DNA of 58,210 bases, counting the filler, from Sanchytrium tribonematis (Eukaryota), in assembly GCA_018985235.1 (NCBI GenBank). It is 4 parts of 4 records of this genome, joined end to end, with 100 filler letters (N's around TTAATTAATTAA, not from the genome) between each part and the next. Parts side by side here need not be neighbours in the genome. Positions count along the whole stretch, not along the records: positions 1 to 14,557 come from JADGIG010000167.1; 3 more parts are not named here. One strand, given 5' to 3'. Below the pieces are notes generated by a model. The model did not search any database and was not told where the DNA came from. It saw nothing but the letters and a program-made list of their open reading frames with translations. Below, in pieces: positions 1-10,903 of this stretch. Numbering within the stretch: position 1 is the first letter of the stretch; each line of letters starts with the position of its first letter. A program made the position numbers and the translations under genes.

Positions 1-2493
1 CAAGATGATGCCTAGTCCATATTTTGTCAGTACAACTTTACCAATTTGAAATATACCAATTTTCGCATTGTAACGAATTTGCATGAGTTTGGATTCATTT
101 TCATATACTTTTAATAACAGCGAATAATACTGAGGCAAATCTTTTGTATAAATTGTATCACTTAAAGTAATGGATGATAGCACTTCCACTTTTTCAGCCA
201 TTTCCTCTTTCAGTCGAGGCAATTCTAGCAGTACGTCTTGCTGGCAAAAACTGCGTCTCATCATATCTGTAACGTGAACATGATTCACTTTTAAAAGATT
301 TGTTATCATGTTGTACGTTAAATGAAATTGTGATTCCAATTTATCCGTTTTTGACAATATCATGGAATGCAGCCAAGGAACATTAGGCATGTAGTCCACA
401 CAGCACAAGATAACAATTCCTACTGTATCTTTGTTTCTTCTTCCTGACCGGCCAGACATTTGTACAAATTCGCTTGGTAATAGATCACGAAAATTATTGC
501 CGTCAAATTTTCGGTGCCCAGTAAAAACTACCGATTTTGCAGGGGCATTAACACCCATGGCAAAAGTTTCTGTAGCGAAAAGAATAGACAAATAACCCTG
601 GCAATACAAGATTTCAACTACTTCTTTCATTATAGGCAATATTCCACTATGATGGCATCCCATGCCCCTCATCAGCAGTTGGTAAATTTGTTGAATTTGA
701 GGCAATTTTTGATCTTGTGGGCTCAAATTAAGAAGAGCCTTTTGAAAGAAGGAATTGATGTGATGCTTCTGAGCCTGAGTAGCAAGGTCGATTGTAATCA
801 TTTGGGAATACGATTCGCATTTTCTTCTACTAAAGCAAAAAATGATTGTGGGAAGTAACTTCTGTTTTTCCAATTTGTAAATCAAATTTATCAACATCTG
901 TCGCTCTGTATTATCAGTCCGTTTTGGAGGCTGCTTGACAGTCGATCTCTGGTTAGCCTTTAAAACTTTGTCTTTTACTTTTTTATCCTTGTCATTTTCT
1001 TTAAAAAGAATATTATAAGCTTTTTTCCAAATTACTTTGTTAATTTCACTTCCATTTGCTTCAATTAGTTTAAATAAGTCCTTATGATTAGCCAAAAAAA
1101 GATTGTATTCAAGAGGAACTGGTCTTTTATCAGTTGAAATTATATAAATATCTTTTGATTTTGTTTTTCCAACCCATTCACAAAATTCTTTGCAGTTTGG
1201 AACGGTAGCACTAAGCATAATAAGTTTGACATGACTGGGTAACAAGACAATCACTTCTTCCCAACAAACACCGCGTTCAATGTCGTTCAAATAATGAATT
1301 TCATCAAATATTACATATTCAATATCTCGCAGAACATCAGCTCCTCTGTATAACATTGAACGCAAAATCTCGGTAGTCATAATAAGACAATTGGCAGTAG
1401 GCTCAACTTGCACATCACCCGTAATAATACCGACACTTGGAAATATCTGCTTGAAATCTCGATACTTTTGATTACTCAATGCCTTTATAGGACTGGTGTA
1501 AATGCATTTAGTCAAATGATTATTAGAAAGAGCTATAGCATACTCAGCCACAACTGTCTTGCCAGCACTAGTATGAGCTGCTACAAATATAGAGTGTCCC
1601 TGCTCGAGATGATAAATTGCTTGTTGTTGAAATGAATCTAATTTAAAAGCAAATTCCTTCGCTAGTTTGGGATAGAGACGGTACAAGTCAATCTCTTCAT
1701 CCACAATTTTGGCATATGAATGTAGAGTTGATTTGGACGTTGAATTAATTTTTAATTTTTCATCCAAAGCATCTAGAGGTAAAGAATTTTCCGCACTCTC
1801 CTCCACAGCAAGATGATCTGGTTTTTCCGGCTCAATGTTTTCAAGCTTTGACAAAGAATTTAACGTATTTTGTAAAATACTTTGTTGGGGCAAATCTACA
1901 TGTAGGCCTCTTGACATTCCAGGTGCACAAGTTAAAAGTTTAGAAGGATCCAAATCTATTGGTTGTTTCATTCTATTGTGTACATCGTCTTCCATACCTC
2001 CAGGAAGAAAAGGCAAATTTGTCTGACTACCTCTAATATACTCTGAGGCATCACCAATAGATCGATACATTTCCGTACTATTTGAATTTACCAAATCAAG
2101 TATAGCAATTTCTTTTTCGACAATTTCTTTTGTTTCCAAATTTTTGACTGGTTGTAATCTAGTTCTTGGCGGATAAAATGTATGTGGCAATTCAAGCTCA
2201 ATTTTGGGAAGATCAATCTTTTGATGCTCAATTAATAAGTCCATTGGCAAACGCTTTGGAGGTTCTAGCTGCTCAAGTAAAGTATTGATAGGACCTTTTC
2301 GATTTAACAATTCATCGCATTTGTCGTAAGGATATTGTTCGTTGTTTGTCAAGATAGATTCAGGCTCGTTCAAATTTGGCAAAATTAGATCTACACCATA
2401 ATCGTATAAGTATGGCTCGAAGTACAACGGATTTTCAGTTAAGTCTAACTCTTCTGGGGTCTCTTGAGCTATAATTGTAGACAGACGTTCCAT
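1..2493 (-). CDS. SKI2: Ski2-type DExH RNA helicase (exosome cofactor), 3' end truncated at the window edge
   Basis: Absent from the ORF track. Manual translation from ATG 2493 gives the N-terminal RGSQTNLPFLPGG motif, VAAHTSAGKTVVAEYAI, IFDEIHYLND..RGVCWEE, MLSATVPN, HHSGILP, LFATETFAMGVNAPAK and QMSGRSGRR. Confidence 0.93.
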   Translation of the reverse strand, partial: MERLSTIIAQETPEELDLTENPLYFEPYLYDYGVDLILPNLNEPESILTNNEQYPYDKCDELLNRKGPINTLLEQLEPPKRLPMDLLIEHQKIDLPKIELELPHTFYPPRTRLQPVKNLETKEIVEKEIAILDLVNSNSTEMYRSIGDASEYIRGSQTNLPFLPGGMEDDVHNRMKQPIDLDPSKLLTCAPGMSRGLHVDLPQQSILQNTLNSLSKLENIEPEKPDHLAVEESAENSLPLDALDEKLKINSTSKSTLHSYAKIVDEEIDLYRLYPKLAKEFAFKLDSFQQQAIYHLEQGHSIFVAAHTSAGKTVVAEYAIALSNNHLTKCIYTSPIKALSNQKYRDFKQIFPSVGIITGDVQVEPTANCLIMTTEILRSMLYRGADVLRDIEYVIFDEIHYLNDIERGVCWEEVIVLLPSHVKLIMLSATVPNCKEFCEWVGKTKSKDIYIISTDKRPVPLEYNLFLANHKDLFKLIEANGSEINKVIWKKAYNILFKENDKDKKVKDKVLKANQRSTVKQPPKRTDNTERQMLINLIYKLEKQKLLPTIIFCFSRRKCESYSQMITIDLATQAQKHHINSFFQKALLNLSPQDQKLPQIQQIYQLLMRGMGCHHSGILPIMKEVVEILYCQGYLSILFATETFAMGVNAPAKSVVFTGHRKFDGNNFRDLLPSEFVQMSGRSGRRNKDTVGIVILCCVDYMPNVPWLHSMILSKTDKLESQFHLTYNMITNLLKVNHVHVTDMMRRSFCQQDVLLELPRLKEEMAEKVEVLSSITLSDTIYTKDLPQYYSLLLKVYENESKLMQIRYNAKIGIFQIGKVVLTKYGLGIIL

Positions 2494-2536
2494 ATATTTC
2501 TAGGAGAACAATTTGAAATTGTGAAATCTTAAGAAG

Positions 2537-3154
2537 ATGCGAAATAAAACAAGCATAATATTTGCGAAAATACCCAAATCTAATTTTGAAGTGCAAAACA
2601 GACCATCCGATATATTTGTAACAATTTCAATAGGTTTGTTGAATAAAATGACTGAAAATTGTGACAAACACGCAATAATTAAAGAAATTAATAATTTGGC
2701 TAATACTGCAAAAAATGATTACCAAAAAAAGATAGTCGCTATTTTGAATGATAAGTTTGTACTTTTAAAAAAGAAATCGACTTCATTGAGTGATCCCTCT
2801 GGTCAATTGAGCGATCGAACCTATTCTAACAATCCCACTCAGAAACAAATAACAGGATTTGGTCTTCAGCAATTAGTTCAAGATCGTAAATCCACCTTAA
2901 ATCTGAGTTTTTTGGAAGATACATTACAGGAAATTTCAGCTCTGCAGTCAACTCTGGGGCAACATTTACAAGAACAATCGGAAAGAATATCTATATTAAA
3001 TACGGATGCTGATATTACGGAACAAAATCTCGATTTAGGTAATCTTGAACTTCAAAAAGCAATTATAGAAATGTCGAAATCAAGAAGTTGGTTTGTTTAC
3101 ACTTTGTGCATATTAAGTTCGGTTTTATTATTTATGGACTGGTACCATGATTAA
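2537..3154 (+). CDS. Qa-SNARE, syntaxin-18/Ufe1-like
   Basis: C-terminal SNARE helix (LQEISALQSTLGQHLQEQSERI..GNLELQKA) followed by a tail anchor ending LLFMDWYHD. Confidence 0.75.
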   Translation: MRNKTSIIFAKIPKSNFEVQNRPSDIFVTISIGLLNKMTENCDKHAIIKEINNLANTAKNDYQKKIVAILNDKFVLLKKKSTSLSDPSGQLSDRTYSNNPTQKQITGFGLQQLVQDRKSTLNLSFLEDTLQEISALQSTLGQHLQEQSERISILNTDADITEQNLDLGNLELQKAIIEMSKSRSWFVYTLCILSSVLLFMDWYHD

Positions 3155-3191
3155 AAATTTGTTTTTAATAAAATTTATATTAGTTTATTCT

Positions 3192-4442
3192 TTAATTATT
3201 GCTTGACTGTGGATAACCGTTCGAGTCCAACTGAAATGGAGAGTTGGATCTTGATGTTGGAGCGGACACACTGTAATACATTTGAGGGTTTGTTGAATCA
3301 GTGTAGTATTGTGGGTGCATGAGAGGAGAGCTATTAGCAGTTCTAGCTTCTGCTATTTGGGAATACTGATATTGATGTTCATTTGTATAAGAGCTCATTT
3401 GCTGTGACATTTGTTCTTGAATCTTTTGCATTTGATTGGAAAATTGTTCTAGGGATTCAATAGTTGGAACTTCCACATTATACCAGTCAGGTTGTATAGG
3501 TTGCATCATACTTTCAGAGTACATGCTTTTCTCGACTGGTAAATCTAAAACGGGCAAACCAGCTTTCAAATTTGGAGAGCTATTAAGATTCGGGCTACTT
3601 TGATTTGAAGGAATACCCACAGAAGCAGCTGGAGAGTATGGTGTGTATCCGTAAACATTTTGAGCAAGAGCCATTTCACGTTGCATATCTTGAAATTGGG
3701 AATACTTTTCATGCCCTTGTTGAGCTAATAATCCTGCACGTTCAGCATGGGTGTCACTGTAATGTCCTGGTGATCTCCCGCGAACAACCAGATGATCACT
3801 GACGGCAAATCCGATTCTTCTTTGTTCTATGTTCCCATCGATTTCAATATCTGCTAAGACTTCAAGAATCAATATAAAAAATTGTTGCTGAGCTCGTCTT
3901 TTACCATTATTGGCTGTCGCGCTTTTAAATTGAATTCTTTCGTAGCTAACGATAGATTGTGTGTCAGTCAAAGAATTAGTGTTGCTGAGACTACCACCAA
4001 TTTTCACCTTTTTAGGCTTTGGAGTAACTTGAGGTCCCTTATCTCTTTTTGCGGTATGTTGAACTAAGTCAATGTTGCGGTCGTTTGTCGAAGACTTAGC
4101 AATGATCCCAATTGAAAAGTCGATAACTTTGCAATGTTTTTTGTTGATCAACACAGTGGTATGCTGGATGCTATCCAAAGAAGTTGAATCCAACAATAAC
4201 TGAAGGGTCGAAGACATTTGGAAGTAATTTCTACGATAGCAAGTCCAATAATTGTTTGCCAAAAAAAATCCCTTGTCCACTCTAGCTTCTAAGCAAACTT
4301 GCACCGGCATTTCCTCGTTGAAAATCGGCATTTCATAATGAAATTGGCTAAATGATGGTCCCTGGTCATTGTACTTTCTTCTAAAGAATTGTCGATTCGC
4401 TAATCCTGTGTCAATTTGTAAATCTTGAAGATGGTCGTTCAT
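3192..4442 (-). CDS. NDT80/PhoG-family transcription factor
   Basis: VDKGFFL..WTCYRRNYFQ, LVQHTAKRDKGPQ, ERIQFKSATANNGKRRAQQQFF, VVRGRSPGHY; Q/S/P-rich C-terminus. Confidence 0.95.
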   Translation of the reverse strand: MNDHLQDLQIDTGLANRQFFRRKYNDQGPSFSQFHYEMPIFNEEMPVQVCLEARVDKGFFLANNYWTCYRRNYFQMSSTLQLLLDSTSLDSIQHTTVLINKKHCKVIDFSIGIIAKSSTNDRNIDLVQHTAKRDKGPQVTPKPKKVKIGGSLSNTNSLTDTQSIVSYERIQFKSATANNGKRRAQQQFFILILEVLADIEIDGNIEQRRIGFAVSDHLVVRGRSPGHYSDTHAERAGLLAQQGHEKYSQFQDMQREMALAQNVYGYTPYSPAASVGIPSNQSSPNLNSSPNLKAGLPVLDLPVEKSMYSESMMQPIQPDWYNVEVPTIESLEQFSNQMQKIQEQMSQQMSSYTNEHQYQYSQIAEARTANSSPLMHPQYYTDSTNPQMYYSVSAPTSRSNSPFQLDSNGYPQSSNN

Positions 4443-4632
4443 TGTATCACAGGGTGTCGCGTTGGACTATAACTACTCCAGGTCCTGAAAGTAGGTCTCT
4501 TGACAAATAGGTGTTCTTGAAACAGGCCTGCAGGCGAATAAAAGATCCTGAAACTAGGTTCATTTATCCAATCAATTTCGATCACAAGATTCTCAGTCAA
4601 ACGCAGACCTAAAATCTCAAAATTGAAAAACT

Positions 4633-5565
4633 TTATTTTGATTTCTTTTTTCGAGATTCAGCTACTTTCATCGCTAGCATGCGAACTTTGAGGTATTTTG
4701 AGAGGAGGGGAGTAGATGGGAAAGACATACCACCAAATTTGGACAAATTGGAGGGATATAAAGATTTAGATAGAGCACTATTTTTTCCGTCTTTGACAAA
4801 CTCCAATATAATATCATGGGCTTTTTGAACCGTATTTTGTTTAGGCTGTGGGAGTAGACTTGTAACTAAATGGACACCTTGCTTTTTCATCAATTCATGC
4901 TTAATTTCTCTATCTTTTTGATCTCTGATACCATTCATACCTCTACCTAAGTAGTGACTCCCAGGCAAACCTTGCGGAATCAATACTGATACCTCAGTCT
5001 CCGGTAATTTTTTAAATCCACTAGGAATAAAACATTTTTCTTGAAATGAATAATAGGACATTGCCAATTTAAGTTCTTCGGTATTACCTTCCTGCATTAA
5101 TTTTTCTATTGCAGCCCGCCTTCTCAACTCACGATCATAATCAAAAGCCGGGTAAGTAACAGGTTGCCTTCTCAGTCTTTTTATACCGTTGAAAATATCA
5201 TAATACCATTTCTGAACTTCAACAATTGGTTTGTCAAGTCTATCTGCCAAAATTATAAAATTTCCATTCAAGTCTCTGTACAACTCGAACATTTTACAAG
5301 TTTCTAAAAACGAGTAAGAAGTGTATAATTGATTAAACTCATCTTCAGCGAAAGTGAAAGAAGGTAAATGTACTATTGTGGATGGTAAAATGGGGCCTTT
5401 GGAGAACTTTTTTTGAATTAAATATGGAGATGCTAAGTAAGAATTTTCAGCGTAAGAATTCTTCCGATTATAGCTCAAGTTAATGGCTCTATAAGGATAG
5501 ATGGGTGGTTCACCACCCAAATGTTTCTTCAGATAATGATTATCGGTAGACTTTGACGCAGTCAT
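4633..5565 (-). CDS. DMAP1/Swc4-like SANT-domain chromatin protein
   Basis: ETCKMFELYRDLNGNFIILADRL..VEVQKWYYDI..FDYDRELRRR resembles the DMAP1/Swc4 SANT region. Confidence 0.7.
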   Translation of the reverse strand: MTASKSTDNHYLKKHLGGEPPIYPYRAINLSYNRKNSYAENSYLASPYLIQKKFSKGPILPSTIVHLPSFTFAEDEFNQLYTSYSFLETCKMFELYRDLNGNFIILADRLDKPIVEVQKWYYDIFNGIKRLRRQPVTYPAFDYDRELRRRAAIEKLMQEGNTEELKLAMSYYSFQEKCFIPSGFKKLPETEVSVLIPQGLPGSHYLGRGMNGIRDQKDREIKHELMKKQGVHLVTSLLPQPKQNTVQKAHDIILEFVKDGKNSALSKSLYPSNLSKFGGMSFPSTPLLSKYLKVRMLAMKVAESRKKKSK

Positions 5566-5611
5566 TGAAACAGGGATGTAGTGAGCGACGATAAATTTAC
5601 TAAATTTACAA

Positions 5612-6121
5612 TTAATTAAACGAATATGATGGGAAACTGAAACCGTAAGCGTCGGAACATTTTTTCAAAATTAGTTTCTGGTTTGGTATACATTGAGGAT
5701 CCATATATGTGCCTTCAAGGGAGCCATCATTTCTTAATGCGCAATAATAAAATCCGGATATGGTTAGTCCCTCGGTATTTCCAGACACAAAACTTTGCTC
5801 TTTGAGCCTGAGAAAAACCCCATCTCCACGGCGTTTTAATTGATTCCAGTACTTGTCATCTTCTTTCACAGTTGCATTCCATTTACCTGTCTTGAAGTGG
5901 TAGTTTCTAAAGTCAACGATTTCTCCTTCTAGATATGTTACCACATTATGAGAGGTGGAGCACGCTGTCATAAATCCGCACAAAGTACCTTTTTTCTCAT
6001 TTAATTCTAAAATTTTTAATGTTATTTCCCAGTCATCCGTAGAATCTAATATTTGCTTTCCTTTGAAAACACTTCCACTTGCTAATAATGAAATTGGAAG
6101 ACTTTGATTTTGAGCTGGCAT
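5612..6121 (-). CDS. GID4: GID4/Vid24-family substrate receptor of the GID E3 ligase
   Basis: GSVFKGKQ, VTYLEGEIVD, FLRLKEQSFV, TISGFYYCAL..GSLEGTY..PNQKLIL. First ATG is at 6121; the track uses an upstream TTG. Confidence 0.88.
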   Translation of the reverse strand: MPAQNQSLPISLLASGSVFKGKQILDSTDDWEITLKILELNEKKGTLCGFMTACSTSHNVVTYLEGEIVDFRNYHFKTGKWNATVKEDDKYWNQLKRRGDGVFLRLKEQSFVSGNTEGLTISGFYYCALRNDGSLEGTYMDPQCIPNQKLILKKCSDAYGFSFPSYSFN

Positions 6122-6259
6122 ATTTTTATTCAGTGTTACAAGGAGAGAAAATTTTAATTTATGGCAAATTAGAATGTAAAAGGATTTAAATTTAGCAATA
6201 AATAGTGTTGAGAAGATTTTCAAGTTACCTTATTCAAAGGGGACTTTTTAAAACAGACA

Positions 6260-7141
6260 ATGGTTTCGGATATCGATGGACTTTGTCAAGAAAATGAGCT
6301 CGAAAAAGTTAGGGAGTGGTTAAGAACGGAACAGAGTTTTCCAATACCTTTCGTATCGTTCGAGACCAGTCTAAAGATAGCTAGTATGAGGAGTGGCAAT
6401 GTTGACTTAAATGTAAATGGTATCTCCAAATTAGATATTGAAACTTTCATATCAGATCCACCGAGGAAATGTATAACAGAAGTATATGGTGCAGATTCTA
6501 CAGGAAAATCCCAAATATTACTAATGATGGCAGCCGCAAATAACTCATTATATATTGGAACTGAAGATCGATTTCGATTCGAGCGGCTCAAAAAGTTTGA
6601 AGGTAAGAGCGATGTCCTTGTCAAAATTGTTTACTGCGTGTATGAATTTTGGCAAATTATATGCAATCTGAGAGATGACATTTGTTCAAATAATTCTCGA
6701 GTTATATTAATAGACAGCTTCAATTTGGTCAAGGATCCAACTTTATGCAATGAACTTTTGGGTAGACTCAAAACTTACGCGATTAAATTTAACATCAGTG
6801 TCATATTTACGAACCAAGTCAGGGCATCTATGGATGTGGTTGAAAAAATCTTCCAATTAACATCTCTGCAAAGTGCAACTCCGGCCATTGCAGACGAATA
6901 CATAGATCACAAATTGTGTATATACCGCTTAGACACATTTCCGAAACCTTTAGGCTATAATGGTGTCGATGCAAAAAGAGTTATTTGTGTTACAGAAAGC
7001 AGATCTTGCCCCACTATCAATGATGAATTCACTGATTTAGAAAATCATGACAAAAGAATGGAATTTTTAAGGTCGAGGTGCTGGAAATTGGACATTCAAG
7101 AAACTAATGTGAAAATAACACCAGTTTCGGATTTTGAATAA
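6260..7141 (+). CDS. RAD51 paralog (XRCC3/Rad57-like RecA-fold ATPase)
   Basis: ITEVYGADSTGKSQ Walker A, YIGTEDRFRFERL, VILIDS Walker B, VIFTNQV. Confidence 0.8.
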   Translation: MVSDIDGLCQENELEKVREWLRTEQSFPIPFVSFETSLKIASMRSGNVDLNVNGISKLDIETFISDPPRKCITEVYGADSTGKSQILLMMAAANNSLYIGTEDRFRFERLKKFEGKSDVLVKIVYCVYEFWQIICNLRDDICSNNSRVILIDSFNLVKDPTLCNELLGRLKTYAIKFNISVIFTNQVRASMDVVEKIFQLTSLQSATPAIADEYIDHKLCIYRLDTFPKPLGYNGVDAKRVICVTESRSCPTINDEFTDLENHDKRMEFLRSRCWKLDIQETNVKITPVSDFE

Positions 7142-7182
7142 AATTCAAACGGAGTATATTTTTAAAACGCTTACTATTGCGA

Positions 7183-8950
7183 ATGATAACAAATCAAGTT
7201 ACACAGGAAGCTTTGAATACATTTGAGCTTATTAAGGACAACGAATATCAAAATAAAAACATAGGAATGGCGCAATACGAAGGTATATTCAGCTGTCACT
7301 GTTTTTACACAGACCCATGTGATTCCGGCTGTGTTAATAAAGAACTTATGATTGAATGTACAAAAGATACTTGTCCCGTCAGCAGTCACTGCAAAAATAT
7401 GAGATTTCAAAATCGAGAATTTAAAAACATCGAATTAATTAAAACTGAACTAAAAGGATTTGGAATTATATCTAAAGAAGAAATTGATAAAGACGAGTTT
7501 ATATTAGAATATGTTGGTGAATACATAACTGAAACCAAATTTCATAAGCGGATTGTTGAGTATACAAAGAAAAAACATCAGCATTTTTACGGGATGCAAC
7601 TCCGTCAATCCGAATATGTCGATGCCACTAAAAAAGGAGGATTGGCTAGGTTTTGCAATCATTCTTGTAATCCCAATTGTACAATTCAGCAGTGGATAGT
7701 TAATGACAGATTGAGAATGGGCCTTTTTGCAATTCGGGATATTGGCGTGGATGAAGAGTTGACTTTTGATTATAATTTTGAAAGATTCGGAACTCCTCAA
7801 AAGTGTTACTGTGGTGAAACTAATTGCAGAGGTTATATTGGTCAAGCGAAAGAAGACATGACTGAAATTGCTGCAGAAGAAAGAGCTGCCGAAAAGCAAG
7901 AAAAGCTATTGAACGCTACTCCCTATAAAAAGGAGAAAGAGCTATTGAAAATGATAAGTATGTTTTTAAAAGATATGAAGCCAGCAGAATTAGAAAAATG
8001 TATATACCGCTTACTCTGCTCTGACAAAAGTATATTATTACGTTTTATTAACTTTCATGGATTGTTTGTTGTGAAACAACTATTAACTCAATATACCAAG
8101 GAGCGTTTTTACGAGGAAATAATTGAACTTTGTTGTAATTTACCATTAACTAGAAAAAACTATTTAGAATCTACTGGTGTTTTGAAAAAACTTGATAGCT
8201 GCTTAAGTGAATGTCAAGATGATAGTATCAGAATCAAGCTTGAAGACTTGTCCGAAAAATGGAACAATTTAAAACTTGACATTATAATATCAAAATCTAG
8301 AAATTTTGTTCCAACAAAGCGTGAAGATGTCGAAAAAGTCGAAAGTCCATCAAAGAAAGCAAAAACTGAGCAAACAAAATTGCAGCAAAGATCCCCACCT
8401 ATGCTTATAGAGGATGACCTGTTGCCAAAAAATTGGAAGAGATATGAAGATGCCAGGGGCTCATTTTATGAACACATCTCTGGAAGGCGACAAACTAAAA
8501 GACCCCAAAGTGAAGAGTATATCCCTTTCGTACCAAAAAAACCGGAAAATGGAGAATCTTCTATAAATAGTCCAAGTCCTGCGCCTGATCCAATTGACAA
8601 TTTGGATGTTGATTCAGTAATGGCTGAGATTGAACAAAAGAAATTGGAAAATTTAAAAAAATCTTTTGAAAGTGACCGGCATTCGGCGAAACTCTACAAG
8701 CAATTTCGTGTCGATGTCACCGACGCTGTGAAAAAGAGATTATCGAAGTATGCACCACAATGGAAATCAGACAAAGAATTATTCAAAAAGCACGCTAAAT
8801 ATGTAACTTTTATTTACTTAGATAACAGAAAAAATAATAGATGCTGAATTATTAAAGCATAATACCATTTCCACTTGGAATTCCAGCAAAGACGAAAAAC
8901 TTAAAAAATTTGTTAAAAAATATGTATCTAAAAAGAAAAGATCCTCATAA
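7183..8950 (+). CDS. SET2: H3K36 methyltransferase Set2 (AWS-SET-postSET, WW, SRI); exons 7183-8802 and 8822-8950
   Basis: EYVGE, ARFCNHSCNPNC, ELTFDYNF, CYCGETNCRGYIG, WW (LPKNWK). Removing the 19-nt intron completes the SRI domain (FKKHAKY|ITEKIIDAE..KLKKFVKKYV). Confidence 0.93.
8803..8821 (+). other. 19-nt spliceosomal intron GTAACTTTTATTTACTTAG (phase 0) in SET2
   Basis: GT..AG; removal restores the SRI-domain frame. Confidence 0.88.
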
Positions 8951-9179
8951 TGCAATAAAACTATGTATATAGCTCCACTGTCTCTCCATTTAAAATCTTG
9001 TAATGTAAGAAATCCTTTCGATAAAAAGTGAAATAATCAATGAGAAACTCACAACTTACTCTACCAAGCTAAAAGGTGATAGTACGTCATATATTTATTA
9101 GAATTAATGGTATAAAATACGTTTCGAGGACGCGAGTTTGGGACGTGTTAAAGTCAAACACCCAAAAAGATTTGTATAG

Positions 9180-9572
9180 ATGGATCCAATTCATAATCAT
9201 TTACAAAGATGTGAGTGGGAGTATAGCGCCATCCACAAATGTGATGCTGTATTTACAACTGCTAGAGAATTATACCAGCATGTTAGTATATCCCATATAG
9301 GGTATAAGAAATATAAAACTTTGGCCACCCAATGCAATTGGGCTAGTTGTGAATTCAAGGCCACAAAAAGAGACCACTTAACATCACACATCAAAAAACA
9401 TATTGATCTTAGAGAACATGAATGTAAAATATGTTTAAAAACTTTCAAAAGAAGTCATGATTTGAAGAAACATGTAAGATTAATTCATAGCAGTGAAAGA
9501 AGCATGGCAAGCCCATCAACTGTAACTGGTCATATAATGTATATTCCGTATCAGTTCCAGAGTCATTTCTGA
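9180..9572 (+). CDS. Small PacC/Rim101-like three-finger C2H2 transcription factor
   Basis: CEW..C..LYQHVSISHIGYK; CNWASC..KRDHLTSHIKKH; CKICLKTFKRSHDLKKHVRLIH closely follow the PacC DNA-binding domain. Confidence 0.8.
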   Translation: MDPIHNHLQRCEWEYSAIHKCDAVFTTARELYQHVSISHIGYKKYKTLATQCNWASCEFKATKRDHLTSHIKKHIDLREHECKICLKTFKRSHDLKKHVRLIHSSERSMASPSTVTGHIMYIPYQFQSHF

Positions 9573-9614
9573 ATAAATAATTTTTAACATGCAAAATAAA
9601 TCCCCATGTGACGA

Positions 9615-10476
9615 ATGTCAAACCTTGCTGGAACTAACAATGATGCTACAAATTGTCGATATTCTTGTGCTAAGAAAGGATACATTGCGGACCCATACGT
9701 GGAATGGTTTGCAACTAATCAAATTAAGTCTCCATTAATTAACAGAGGTACATTTCTTCGGACTAAAGGAATAGATTGCATTGTCGAGCGATTTTTGTCA
9801 GATTACCCCGACGGTAGTATTGTATCATTAGGTGCAGGCTTTGACACTAGATTTTTCAGGCTAAATTTAAAATGTAAATATACAGAATTTGACAAAGAGG
9901 ATGTAGTCATGTCTAAGCTTTCGAAGATCCGAAGGCATATTAAAGGACTGAGTTTGAAAAATGCTGATATAAAGCCGAATTCATTAAAATCAGATACATT
10001 GCAAGTATTTGTTTCTGATGTTCTAGAATTAGAAAATGAGATTCACCATTTTGTCGATTTTCAAAATCCTACTCTTGTAATTGCAGAATGTTTATTTATT
10101 TACCTTGATCCGCTTAAAATAGATTCGTTATTAAAGAAGCTGAGGGACTTTGGGTGCTCAATTGTTGTGTACGATCCGTTGTTTTATGATGATAGTTTTT
10201 CAAACCAAATGATTGCAAATTTAGATGTATAATGAATTTATGTAGCAAAGGCAAATTTCACTTCCGGGGTTTGAACTCTATAAATCGTTAGAAGAACATA
10301 AAAACAGATTTTTAAAATTGGGCTATAAAATTGTTGTAGCTGACACAATGGAAAATTTCACAATGATACCGCAAAACGAATTGGACCGCGTTCGGAAATT
10401 AGAGATTTTTGACGAGTTTGAGGAATGGAACCTTTTTCAAAAGCATTATCATATTTTATATGCAACCCCAAAATAA
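9615..10476 (+). CDS. PPM1: Leucine carboxyl methyltransferase (PP2A methylase); exons 9615-10226 and 10246-10476
   Basis: TNNDA, PLINRGTFLR, IVSLGAGFDTRFF, AECLFIYL. Spliced exon 2 gives NLD|QRQISLPG..LEIFDEFEEWNLFQKHY. Confidence 0.92.
10227..10245 (+). other. 19-nt intron GTATAATGAATTTATGTAG (phase 0) in PPM1
   Basis: Contains the in-frame stop; removal restores the conserved LCMT C-terminus. Confidence 0.92.
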
Positions 10477-10519
10477 ATTTGGCTTGGCTGTTACGCGGAG
10501 CATTCAAGAGTGAGCCAAA

Positions 10520-10834
10520 ATGAAAAATAGTAATGATTTTAGTACCGCTCAATCGATGCTCCCAATATTTTCAGGATTATTAGCTGTTTGGGCATCTTAT
10601 ATGGCAAAAAATGGCAACATTGCTGGTTGCGTTTTAATTAATATTGCGATGTGGTTTGTGTATAAATTGGCATTAGACAAATCATCCTCATCAGTTCGTG
10701 TTCAGTCTATCAATATGGTTACACAAATTGCTGCATCAGTCTTCGTAGGCCATTTTTTTATGGGAGAAAATGCTGAACTTAAAAATTACATCCAAATTTT
10801 CGTTCTGTCTTTCGGAGTGTATCTATTGGAATAA
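10520..10834 (+). CDS. TMEM42-like small membrane protein (DMT/EamA-like); start may be the Met at 10556
   Basis: Hydrophobic helices; NIAMWFVYKLAL..SSS..QSIN..VGHFFMGE pattern. Confidence 0.65.
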   Translation: MKNSNDFSTAQSMLPIFSGLLAVWASYMAKNGNIAGCVLINIAMWFVYKLALDKSSSSVRVQSINMVTQIAASVFVGHFFMGENAELKNYIQIFVLSFGVYLLE

Positions 10835-10903
10835 ATTATCTTAACGCAATACAATATCAGATTAAAATAAATTTCCAAACCTCCTTACATTTTTTCGTTC
10901 TGA

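Noticed and set aside
514..2026. Plus-strand ORFs 514-858, 1408-1635 and 1835-2026, and similar short antisense or nested ORFs throughout
   Set aside because: Shadows of well-supported genes on the other strand or frame (here SKI2), with no motifs.
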